From Actinomycetota bacterium (GTDB lineage Bacteria; Actinomycetota; Thermoleophilia; Gaiellales; Gaiellaceae): a DNA stretch of 64,000 nucleotides. Position 1 is the first letter of the stretch, and each line of letters begins with the position of its first letter. Below are positions 26,643 through 34,963 of the stretch, piece by piece. Made by a program: the position numbers and the translations under genes. Under the pieces are notes generated by a model. That model saw only the letters and a program-made list of their open reading frames with translations. It did not search any database and was not told the origin of the DNA. Where the stretch lies: the NCBI GenBank assembly GCA_005885125.1, contig VAXU01000026.1, positions 1,532 to 65,531 of the forward strand. Direction: 5' to 3'.

Positions 26643-28135
26643 CCTGCGACGAGCTCCGCTTCGTGTCCCGCTTCGGCGGTGAAGTCCTCTTGCCGCACGA
26701 GTGCAAGCGCGAGCACCGCGCCGGCGAGTGCGATGCACGCTCCGATCAGGAAGAGCTCGCGCAAGCCGCCGACGAACACCTGGTCGACATGACGAACAAG
26801 CTGTTGGTTCGCCTGGCCGGCCAGCTCATTCAGCCGCCCGGAGGCGAGCGCGCTCAGCTGCGCACCATGGATGCCGGGAAACGCCGCGCGAACGTGGTGC
26901 TCGAACAGTGCGCCGAACGCGGCGATTCCGGTCGCGACCCCGACCTGACGGAAGGTCGAGTTCGTTCCCGACGCCATTCCCGCACGCGCCGGCGGCACGA
27001 CGCCGATCGCGGTCGACGCAAGCGCCGGATTGGTCAAGCCGACGCCGGCGCCCATGAGGATGAACCCGGGGAGCAGCGCTGTCCAGGAGGAGTCGACCGT
27101 GATGTTGCGCAGCAGGAACAGCCCGACGGCGCAGAGCAAGAGCCCCGCGGCGAGCAGCAGCCGCACGGGCATCTGCGCGGTGAGCTTCCCGGACGCCGCC
27201 GCGCAGACGAATGCGAGCACGGTGATCGGCACGAACCGGACTCCTGTCTGGATCGGCGAGAAGCCGAGGTAGTTCTGCAGGTACAGCGTCAGATAGAGGA
27301 ACATCGCGAACACGGCGCCCGACAGCGTGAACGCCGTGATCTGCGCGCCGGCGAACGCGGGGCGGCCGAAGAGGGAGAGGTCGATCATGGGCCGGCTTCC
27401 GCGCCACTGGGAAACGACGAACAGCGCGAGCAAGACTGCGCCCCCGACGAGCATTCCCAGGATCAGCCCGCTCGACCATCCCTTGTCGTTCCCGCGGAGG
27501 AGCGCGTACACGAAGGTGAATAGGGAGACGCTCAGCGTGACGAGTCCGACCCAGTCGGCGCCGCCGTGCTCGGGGTCGCGCGACTCGCGAGCGTAGAGCA
27601 CGGCGATCACAGCGGTGGCGATCCCAATCGGGATGTTCACGAAGAAGATCCAGCGCCAAGACAGCCAGGTTGTCAGCCCCCCGCCGACCAGTGGGCCGAT
27701 CGCAACCGCGGCGCCCGTGGTCGCGCCCCAGATCCCGAACGCGGTGCCGCGCTCCCGGCCTCGGAACTCCTGCGAGATCAGCGCGAGCGAGGTCGCGAAC
27801 ATGATCGCCCCGCCGATTCCCTGGGCCGCGCGCGCCAGGATCAGGAACAGCGACGAGTTCGCCGCGCCGCAGAGGGCCGAGGCGGCCGTGAAGAGCACGA
27901 CGCCGCCGACGAAGACCTTCTTCCGCCCGAGGAGGTCGGCGAGGGAGCCGGCATTGAGGACGAACGTGGCCAGGGTCAGCGCGTAGGCGTCGATCACCCA
28001 CTGCAGGTCCGTGAAGCTGGCGTTCAGGTCCCGCGCGATCGGCGGCAGGGCCACGTTGACGATCGTGATGTCGAGCAGCAGCATGAAGATCGCCGCGCAG
28101 ACGACGATCAGCGTCCACCACTTCCGGTCGAGCAC
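26639..28135 (-). CDS. MFS transporter, DHA2 (EmrB/QacA-like, 14-TMS) family
   Basis: 498 aa. LDITIVNVALPPIARDL and GSLADLLGRKKVF motifs. Confidence 0.85.
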   Translation of the reverse strand: MLDRKWWTLIVVCAAIFMLLLDITIVNVALPPIARDLNASFTDLQWVIDAYALTLATFVLNAGSLADLLGRKKVFVGGVVLFTAASALCGAANSSLFLILARAAQGIGGAIMFATSLALISQEFRGRERGTAFGIWGATTGAAVAIGPLVGGGLTTWLSWRWIFFVNIPIGIATAVIAVLYARESRDPEHGGADWVGLVTLSVSLFTFVYALLRGNDKGWSSGLILGMLVGGAVLLALFVVSQWRGSRPMIDLSLFGRPAFAGAQITAFTLSGAVFAMFLYLTLYLQNYLGFSPIQTGVRFVPITVLAFVCAAASGKLTAQMPVRLLLAAGLLLCAVGLFLLRNITVDSSWTALLPGFILMGAGVGLTNPALASTAIGVVPPARAGMASGTNSTFRQVGVATGIAAFGALFEHHVRAAFPGIHGAQLSALASGRLNELAGQANQQLVRHVDQVFVGGLRELFLIGACIALAGAVLALALVRQEDFTAEAGHEAELVAG

Positions 28136-28287
28136 CCCAAGACCGTACCCGGCCGTCCGAGGCCCACGCCATCATCAGAACCCCTGGAGGAAACAGCTAT
28201 CCTGGCCCGAAAGACCGCCCGATGGGGCTGTCACGCCTACTTCCGCGTCCGAACACACGCGGATCTTCGTCCGGTAAGGGGAACCAC

Positions 28288-29058
28288 GTGAAGAGAGTGA
28301 TCGCCTTCGCCAACCAGAAGGGCGGCGTGGCGAAGACGACGACGACCCTGAATCTCGCGGTCGCCCTCAAGGAGCAGGGCTTCAACGTCCTGACGATCGA
28401 CCTCGACCCACAGGGCAATCTGACCATGAGCCAGGGATGGAACCCCGACGAGATCGAGCGGTCGATGTTCGACGTGCTCGTCCACCAGCTCCCGATCCAG
28501 GAGATCATCCGGCCGGCGGAGATCGACGTGGCCGTCTCCTCGATCGACCTCGCCGGCGCCGAGCTCGCGCTGTCCTCGATGATCGGCCGCGAGCGCGCGC
28601 TCGAGAAGGCGCTGGTTTCGGTCAAGGCCACGTACGACTACATCCTCATCGACACGCCGCCGTCGCTCGGCCTGCTGACGATCAACGCGCTGGTCGCCTC
28701 CGACGGCGTGATCGTCCCCGTCCAGTGCGAGTACCTCTCGCTGCGCGGTCTCGTCCAGCTGGAGAACACGCTCTCGATGATCCGCGAGAACCTGAACCCC
28801 GACGTGGCGATCGACGGGATCCTGCCGACGATGTACGACAAGCGGCTGCTGCACTCGAAGGAGGCCGTCGACATCCTGAAGGAGAACTTCGGCGACCTCG
28901 TCTACAAGACGCTGATCCGCAAGACCATCCGCTACGCGGAGGCGCCGGTGAAGGGGCAGTCGGTGCTCTCGTACGATCCGCGCGGCGAGGCGGCCGAGCT
29001 CTATCGCGATCTCGCCAAGGAGGTGCTCAATGGCGCGAAAGCGCGCGAGCATGCGTGA
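28288..29058 (+). CDS. parA: ParA/Soj-family (PldP-like) P-loop ATPase
   Basis: GTG 28288 preceded by AAGGGGA. Deviant Walker [16 protein letters not shown], plus IDLDPQGN and [12 protein letters not shown]. No parB adjacent. The 3' end overlaps ftsZ by 29 nt. Confidence 0.9.
   Translation: MKRVIAFANQKGGVAKTTTTLNLAVALKEQGFNVLTIDLDPQGNLTMSQGWNPDEIERSMFDVLVHQLPIQEIIRPAEIDVAVSSIDLAGAELALSSMIGRERALEKALVSVKATYDYILIDTPPSLGLLTINALVASDGVIVPVQCEYLSLRGLVQLENTLSMIRENLNPDVAIDGILPTMYDKRLLHSKEAVDILKENFGDLVYKTLIRKTIRYAEAPVKGQSVLSYDPRGEAAELYRDLAKEVLNGAKAREHA
29017..29023 (+). promoter_or_regulatory. Shine-Dalgarno AAGGAGG for ftsZ, embedded in the parA-like coding region
   Basis: Perfect AAGGAGG lies 6 nt upstream of ATG 29030. 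Confidence 0.6.
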
Positions 29059-30397
29059 GGGCCCGCTCGCGGAGCTCTTCAAGGCGACCGAGGCGGCACA
29101 GCGGCAGCAGGAGCAGACCCAGCAGGGCGCGCCGCCGGAAGAGCCGCACGAGTCGACGGTCGAGCACGTCCCGACGTGGGAGGACGAGGTCGAGGCTCCG
29201 GCGCCGCCGAAGCACGAGCCGGTGCCCGAACCGGGGCCACGCCGGCCCGAGCCGCAGGCGAAACCACCCGCATCCGCCCCGACGCCGGCGCCGCCGACGG
29301 TGCCCGAGCCGCCGGTCACCCGCTACGTCGAGACGATCCCGGAGCCCGCACCCCGACTGCACCGCGTGCCAACCGGAACAGTCGGTTCCTACCTGGCCAA
29401 GATCCAGGTCGTCGGCGTCGGCGGCGCAGGCCTGAACGCCGTCAACCGGATGATCGACGCCGGCATCAACCAGGTGGAGTTCGTGGCCGTCAACACCGAC
29501 CTGCAGCAGCTGCAGATGTCGGACGCCGAGACGAAGATCCACATCGGGCGCGAGTTGACGAAGGGATTGGGCTCGGGCGCGGAGCCGACGATCGGGCGCC
29601 AGGCCGCAGAGGAGGCGTACGACCAGATCAAGCAGGCGCTCCGCGGCGCGGACATGGTCTTCGTCACCGCAGGCGAGGGCGGCGGCACGGGGACGGGCGG
29701 CGCGCCGATCGTGGCGAAGATCGCGCGCGAGCTGGGGGCGCTGACGGTAGGGATCGTGACGCTGCCGTTCAACTTCGAAGGGACGAAGCGGCGCTCGCAG
29801 GCGCTGGTCGGCATCGACGAGCTGCGCGCCGCGTGCGACACGACGATCGTGATCCCGAACGAGCGGCTACTCGAGGTCCTCGACAGGACGACGTCGATGC
29901 TGGATGCGTTCAAGATCGCCGACGACGTGCTGCGCCAGGGTGTGCAGGGGATCTGCGACCTGATCACGCTCCCTGGGCTGATCAATCTGGACTTCGCGGA
30001 CGTCCGCACGATCATGGAGGGCAGCGGCACCGCCCTGATGGGGATCGGCTTCTCGTCGGGCGGCGAGAATCGTGCGCGCGAGGCCGCGGAGCGCGCGCTG
30101 CGCTCGCCGCTGATCGACATGGAGCTGCGCGGCGCGAAGGGGATCCTGCTGTCGATCGCCGGCGGCGACGACCTCGGGATGCTCGAGGTGAACGAGGCCG
30201 CCGAGGTGATCCGGCAGACCGCGACGGAGGACACGCAGATCATCTTCGGCGCCACGATCGACGAGCGGCTGACGGGCCAGGTGTGGGTGACCGTGGTCGC
30301 GACCGGCTTCGGAGCGCCGCAGCGCTCCCGCAGCTTCGTCGGCGCGCTTACTGCGCCGGAGGACGAGCTCGAACCGCCGTCGTTCCTGCGCAGCTGA
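29030..30397 (+). CDS. ftsZ: Cell division protein FtsZ with long N-terminal extension
   Basis: [14 protein letters not shown], tubulin signature [11 protein letters not shown]7-loop NLDFADV, C-terminal peptide [11 protein letters not shown]. About 120 aa of Pro/Glu-rich sequence precede the GTPase core. Confidence 0.92.
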   Translation: MARKRASMREGPLAELFKATEAAQRQQEQTQQGAPPEEPHESTVEHVPTWEDEVEAPAPPKHEPVPEPGPRRPEPQAKPPASAPTPAPPTVPEPPVTRYVETIPEPAPRLHRVPTGTVGSYLAKIQVVGVGGAGLNAVNRMIDAGINQVEFVAVNTDLQQLQMSDAETKIHIGRELTKGLGSGAEPTIGRQAAEEAYDQIKQALRGADMVFVTAGEGGGTGTGGAPIVAKIARELGALTVGIVTLPFNFEGTKRRSQALVGIDELRAACDTTIVIPNERLLEVLDRTTSMLDAFKIADDVLRQGVQGICDLITLPGLINLDFADVRTIMEGSGTALMGIGFSSGGENRAREAAERALRSPLIDMELRGAKGILLSIAGGDDLGMLEVNEAAEVIRQTATEDTQIIFGATIDERLTGQVWVTVVATGFGAPQRSRSFVGALTAPEDELEPPSFLRS

Positions 30398-30529
30398 CTC
30401 GGACAGGCCCCTTACGTCCGTGTCGGCCGCAGCCCCCGTGGGGGGTGCGCGCGAACCCCTAGAGTCACGTTACCGCGCCTTTTCGCGCGCGTGGGTGACG
30501 GATTCGCGACGAAAGCGTGCCGGCGCGGA

Positions 30530-31255
30530 CTAGCGGCCGGCTTCCGCCACCGTTGGTTCTCCGTCGACGATTGCGCCGTCCTGCATCCGGACGACGCGCC
30601 CTGCTGTCGCTGCGATCTCCTGGTTGTGCGTGACGACGACGATCGTCTGCTGACGTTCCAACGACAGCGAGCGAAGCAAGGCCATGATCTCCTGGCCCGT
30701 CACCGAGTCGAGGTTGCCGGTCGGCTCGTCGGCCAGCAGCACCCGCGGCTCGTTCGCCATCGCGCGCGCGATCGCGACTCGTTGCTGCTCGCCACCCGAG
30801 AGCATGGACGGGAGGTGGTCGCCGCGCCGCTCGAGCCCCACCGAAGCGAGCAGGTGCTCGGCCTTGCTCCGACGTACGTCTCCAGGAAGACCTTGCGGCG
30901 CGAGCGCCACCTCCACGTTCTGGCGGGCGTTGAGGGTCGGGATCAGGTTGAACTGTTGGAAGACGAAGCCGATCGTTGCGGCCCGGAGCTTCGTCAGCTC
31001 GCCGTCGGCGAGCTTGCCGAGATCGCGTCCCTCGAACAGCACCTGGCCGTTCGTCGGGCGGTCGAGTGCCCCGAGCAGCTGCAGCAGCGTCGTCTTTCCC
31101 GAGCCGCTCGGCCCGGCGATCGCAACGAGCTCGCCCTCGTCGATCGTCAGGTCGAGCTCGCGCACCGCATGAATCTGTCCGGCACCTTGCCCGTACGTCT
31201 TCGTCACGCCGCGAAGCTCGTAGAGCGGGCGAGGATGGATGTCGGTCACGGTCAC
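30530..31255 (-). CDS. ABC transporter ATP-binding protein (MacB/LolD-type)
   Basis: Walker [10 protein letters not shown], signature [14 protein letters not shown], Walker [12 protein letters not shown]. Confidence 0.9.
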   Translation of the reverse strand: MTVTDIHPRPLYELRGVTKTYGQGAGQIHAVRELDLTIDEGELVAIAGPSGSGKTTLLQLLGALDRPTNGQVLFEGRDLGKLADGELTKLRAATIGFVFQQFNLIPTLNARQNVEVALAPQGLPGDVRRSKAEHLLASVGLERRGDHLPSMLSGGEQQRVAIARAMANEPRVLLADEPTGNLDSVTGQEIMALLRSLSLERQQTIVVVTHNQEIAATAGRVVRMQDGAIVDGEPTVAEAGR

Positions 31256-31265
31256 TGTCTTCCTA

Positions 31266-32729
31266 TCAATCGATGTGTCGAAGAGCGTCGGCAGGACGGA
31301 GACGCGAAGCGCGGAGCGCGCCGACGGCGCCGGAGAGGAGCCCGCCCAGTACGGCGAGACCGACTGCGAGCGCGATCAGGCCGATGCTCACGGGCGCGTC
31401 CAGGGCGACCGTGGTCGAGCCGGCGGTGACATTCCCCTGGCCGAATGCGCCCACCAAGCCGGGGCCCGCCTGCGTCGCGGCTTGTGCGACCGTCGCCCTC
31501 AACGTCGGAGAGAAGGCGGAGATCAGCGCCGCGCCGATGACGCCGACGGCGATTCCCAGCACTCCCCCGAGCACACCTTGGAGGAGCGACTCGCCCGTCA
31601 CCTGACGCACGACGAGCGGCTGCGACCAGCCGAGCGCCTTCAGCGTCCCGAGCTCGCGGATCCGTTTCGTCACCGACGACAGCGTCAGCAGCCCTGCGAT
31701 CAGGAAGGCGGCGAGCAACCCCACGATCTCGAGAGCCGTGCCGAGCTTCTTCGTCAGGTTCTTCGCGTCGATCAGCGAGCCGCTGACTCGGTCAGCGAGA
31801 TCCTTCGCGGTTGTCACAGAAGCACCCGAGAAGCGCGTGCGGATCGCCGTCGCGACCCGGCCGACCTGCGAAGCGCTCGTCGCGCGCACGTAGATCGTGT
31901 TGATCCGTCCGGACCGGCCGGAGAGTTTCTGCAGGACGCCGAGATCCATGTACACGTCCGAGGCCTGGCCCCCCAGCGGCGTTCGCGCGAAGCCAACGAC
32001 GTGCAGCTTCGTGGTGCCGAACGAGATCGTGTCGCCGAGATGGATGTTCTTCCGCCGTGCGTAGCTGAGATTGAGCACGGCCTGCTTGGAGGACTCGAGG
32101 TAATGGCCCGCGACGATCTGGCCGGGTGTGACGGCGGCGACGTCGGGAGTGCTCCAGTCGACGCCGGTGACGGTGCGGGAGTCGAAGTTGAGGCTGCTCG
32201 GCGGGCCGACTCGAGTGTCGTTCTGCCTGGGAGCGAGCGGTCGCGACTGCCGACCCTGCTTGGGCACTCTGCCGGAGAGATGCAGCACAGTCAGTGTCAA
32301 CCCGCCTGCCGCGCTCTTCACGCCCGAGATCGTGCGGACCTTCGCCACCTCGCTCTGCGGGAATGTCAGCTGCGAGGTCGAGAGGAACGAATCATGTGTG
32401 AACTTGGCGCCGGGCTTGCCGAGATTCTGGAGCCCGAACCGCAAGCCGCCGTTCTCCTGCTGAAGCCGACTCCGCTCTGCCCGCGGCAACGCGCGCGGCC
32501 CTTGGCCTGTCGGTGTCCCCGCCGTGAAGCGCACCGGCCGCGAGACCGACAGATCGGTGCCAACGCCGGTCAGCGGCTTCAGCACCTTGGCCTGCGCGCG
32601 GTCGAGCCCGGTCGACAAAGCACTGACGGCAACGACGAGGCCGACGCCGACAGCGAGACCGAGAGCGGTCAGGACGGTGCGCCCGCGCCGTCGCCGCAGC
32701 TCGCTGACCATGTAGGTGACGTAGAACAT
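31266..32729 (-). CDS. ABC transporter permease, MacB/FtsX-like fold with large extracytoplasmic domain
   Basis: 487 aa. An N-terminal TM, a ~270-aa hydrophilic domain, then three C-terminal TMs with a RIRELGTLKALGW motif. Confidence 0.85.
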   Translation of the reverse strand: MFYVTYMVSELRRRRGRTVLTALGLAVGVGLVVAVSALSTGLDRAQAKVLKPLTGVGTDLSVSRPVRFTAGTPTGQGPRALPRAERSRLQQENGGLRFGLQNLGKPGAKFTHDSFLSTSQLTFPQSEVAKVRTISGVKSAAGGLTLTVLHLSGRVPKQGRQSRPLAPRQNDTRVGPPSSLNFDSRTVTGVDWSTPDVAAVTPGQIVAGHYLESSKQAVLNLSYARRKNIHLGDTISFGTTKLHVVGFARTPLGGQASDVYMDLGVLQKLSGRSGRINTIYVRATSASQVGRVATAIRTRFSGASVTTAKDLADRVSGSLIDAKNLTKKLGTALEIVGLLAAFLIAGLLTLSSVTKRIRELGTLKALGWSQPLVVRQVTGESLLQGVLGGVLGIAVGVIGAALISAFSPTLRATVAQAATQAGPGLVGAFGQGNVTAGSTTVALDAPVSIGLIALAVGLAVLGGLLSGAVGALRASRLRPADALRHID

Positions 32730-32819
32730 GTTCTGAGTGTAGGTCGCCCGGAGGCTGGGCTCAGGGAACCAGGGCCCAGTGAGAGCGGGCTAAGACCTGC
32801 CTAAGAAGTGTTTAAGACG

Positions 32820-33848
32820 TCACGGCAGCGACACGGCCAGCTTGAATGCGCCGCTCCCCGCCGTCCGCGTCACCCGAAAAGTGAGCGTCCGCGGCCCGCA
32901 GACGGTCCCCGCCGTTGACCTCGTCCCCCGCACGAGGCGCTTCTTGCCGGAGAAGACATCGAGCCGCAGTACGGGGCTCCCTTGCACCGACGCGGTGAAG
33001 GCTCCGTCCAGCGGCGTCGCCACATTGAAGCTTCGTACCGACGAGCCGCGTGCTGCGAAGCGCCCCGCGATCGTGACGGTGTGGTTTGCACTCCACGGCT
33101 GCATGACGTCTTGCTCGACGAGCGTGAGGTCGTGGTCGTTCGGCTGCAGGCTCTCGTCGACGACGCGCCACGGCGTCTCGGGGATCCCGGCCTTCCGCTC
33201 GTTCATCAGCCGGTACGTCTCGGCGAACACCTCGCCGGGGTTGAACAGGTATACGAGCCCTCCCTCCGCACCAGGGAACAACTCATGCGCCCGTGTGCGG
33301 CGGCAGACCTGTTCGTACGACGCCCACCGCTTGGTCCCGTACGCGAGCGCCCGCCAGGGCGCGTTCGACCGGTTGGCGGCGATGTGGTGGCCGTACTCGT
33401 GCGTGATCACCGACTCGGCGGACACCTCGAACATGTCCTCGCCCGGCGCGACGAGGCGGTCGTCTCCGTAACAGCCGAGGATGTCCTCGCCGCCGCAGAT
33501 CGCCGACACCTGGGACGGCGGCGCCAGGTAGACGGACACGAGCGACAGCTCGGGCCCGTGCACGAGCGACGCGAGGAAATCCGCCCAACGCTGGTTCGCC
33601 GCTTCGTCGACGGCGTATGCGTTGGAGGAGTAGATGGTCGCGTGCTCGTTCGTCCGTGTCGTGTACACGCCGCCCCAGAATCCCTCGGGTGCGTCCAGGC
33701 GACGCAGCATCGCGTCGCGAATGACCGCAGGCCCGGCCGCGATCTCGGCACGGCGCGGGTTGTCGAGCGTCAGCCTCGAGGCCGCCCCGGCAGGCGCGGC
33801 GACGAGGATCAGCGCCGCAAGACAGATGACCCACACGCGGACGGTCAC
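32820..33848 (-). CDS. Secreted protein with HExxH motif (putative zinc metalloprotease)
   Basis: Signal peptide MTVRVWVICLAALILVAAPAGAAS, and ITHEYGHHIA. First gene of a same-strand trio with the ABC permease and ATPase. Confidence 0.6.
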   Translation of the reverse strand: MTVRVWVICLAALILVAAPAGAASRLTLDNPRRAEIAAGPAVIRDAMLRRLDAPEGFWGGVYTTRTNEHATIYSSNAYAVDEAANQRWADFLASLVHGPELSLVSVYLAPPSQVSAICGGEDILGCYGDDRLVAPGEDMFEVSAESVITHEYGHHIAANRSNAPWRALAYGTKRWASYEQVCRRTRAHELFPGAEGGLVYLFNPGEVFAETYRLMNERKAGIPETPWRVVDESLQPNDHDLTLVEQDVMQPWSANHTVTIAGRFAARGSSVRSFNVATPLDGAFTASVQGSPVLRLDVFSGKKRLVRGTRSTAGTVCGPRTLTFRVTRTAGSGAFKLAVSLP

Positions 33849-33899
33849 GCCGGGTCAGTGTGGCACACGTTCGGAACTACCGGCGAATCACGACGACTC

Positions 33900-34901
33900 T
33901 CAAGCGAGCGGTACGAGCACCGTGGCGCAGAACGCCGCGGCGATGCACGCGGCCGCACCGGAGGCCGCGAGCACGAACACGCGCTTGCGCGTCCCGAGCA
34001 TGAACACACCCGCACTCCCGCACGCGATTCCCGCGGCGGTCTCGACGGCGTGGAAGGCAATGCCGGTCGCGAGCGCCTGTTGGAGCCCGACGCCGTGAGC
34101 CTGCAACGCCATCGCGACTGCGCCGCTCGTGATGCCCAGGTTCCCAGACAGTGGGATTAGCCCCGCGAGATCGAGCGCCGGCAGGATGATCAGCGCCGCC
34201 AGCACCGGACTGGGGACGCCGAGCCCCGCCGCGACGGCGGTCGCACCGAGGAAGCGTGCACCGGTCGAAACGGCGATCCAGCCCGCGACCCGCGCGCCTG
34301 CCGCCGGCGTGCGACCGAGCTCCCGGACCGCGTCGAGCAGGTGCGCGACGTGATTGCGCGGGGTGCGATTCCGCGTTGCGAGCGCAACGACCGCGGTCGC
34401 GACGCCGACGCAGCCGACGATGAACACGAACCGGAGCGGGACGGCTCCGACCGCGGCGGCACTGGCGACGATGACCCCGAAGACGATCAGGCGCATCGCG
34501 GCGATCACCGCGAAGACGCCGCCCATCCGCCACGCGCGATCCTCCCCCTCGAGCCGGCGCGCGAAGAGCGTCAATCGCACCGCCTCGCCGATCCGGATCG
34601 GCGCGAGGCTGTTCACCAGCGACCCGACCCCGTACCGCGCCGCCGCATCGGACCGTGTGAGCCTTCCACCGCAGAGCGCAAGCGCAGACCGCCAGACAGA
34701 CGAGCTCGCAAGCAACGAGCCGACGAAACAGAACGCGGCCAGCCACAGCCAAATCGGGCGTGCGTCCTCGAGGCCTCCGAGTGCGAAGCGCACCTGCCGT
34801 CCCGCGATTCCCACCACGACGGCGGCGAGGGCGAGAAACACACAGGCCGCGGCGAGGCTGCGACGAGATACCAGGGAGCGGAGGTCTAGTTGGAGGAGCA
34901 C
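33900..34901 (-). CDS. Flippase-like / UPF0104 membrane protein (second copy)
   Basis: 333 aa, polytopic. VWRSALALCGGRL and PIRIGEAVRL motifs. Same architecture as 25683..26642. Confidence 0.65.
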   Translation of the reverse strand: MLLQLDLRSLVSRRSLAAACVFLALAAVVVGIAGRQVRFALGGLEDARPIWLWLAAFCFVGSLLASSSVWRSALALCGGRLTRSDAAARYGVGSLVNSLAPIRIGEAVRLTLFARRLEGEDRAWRMGGVFAVIAAMRLIVFGVIVASAAAVGAVPLRFVFIVGCVGVATAVVALATRNRTPRNHVAHLLDAVRELGRTPAAGARVAGWIAVSTGARFLGATAVAAGLGVPSPVLAALIILPALDLAGLIPLSGNLGITSGAVAMALQAHGVGLQQALATGIAFHAVETAAGIACGSAGVFMLGTRKRVFVLAASGAAACIAAAFCATVLVPLA

Positions 34902-34963
34902 GGCTTCCTTTCGGACGCGAAACGGGTCTTTCTGTTTGTCGGGTTCGGACTACATTCCCTTGA

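Noticed and set aside
28437-30462. Alternative-frame ORFs 28437..29435 and 29176..30462 (+) and 29389..30255 (-), overlapping parA and ftsZ.
   Set aside because: They are extremely Arg/Pro/Ser-rich, whereas the chosen frames carry complete ParA and FtsZ signatures.
30530-32729. The ABC ATPase and permease next to ftsZ as bona fide FtsE/FtsX.
   Set aside because: The gene order is permease then ATPase. The permease is 487 aa with a ~270-aa ectodomain (MacB-like) rather than the ~300-aa FtsX. I keep only a weak functional analogy as a separate low-interest finding.
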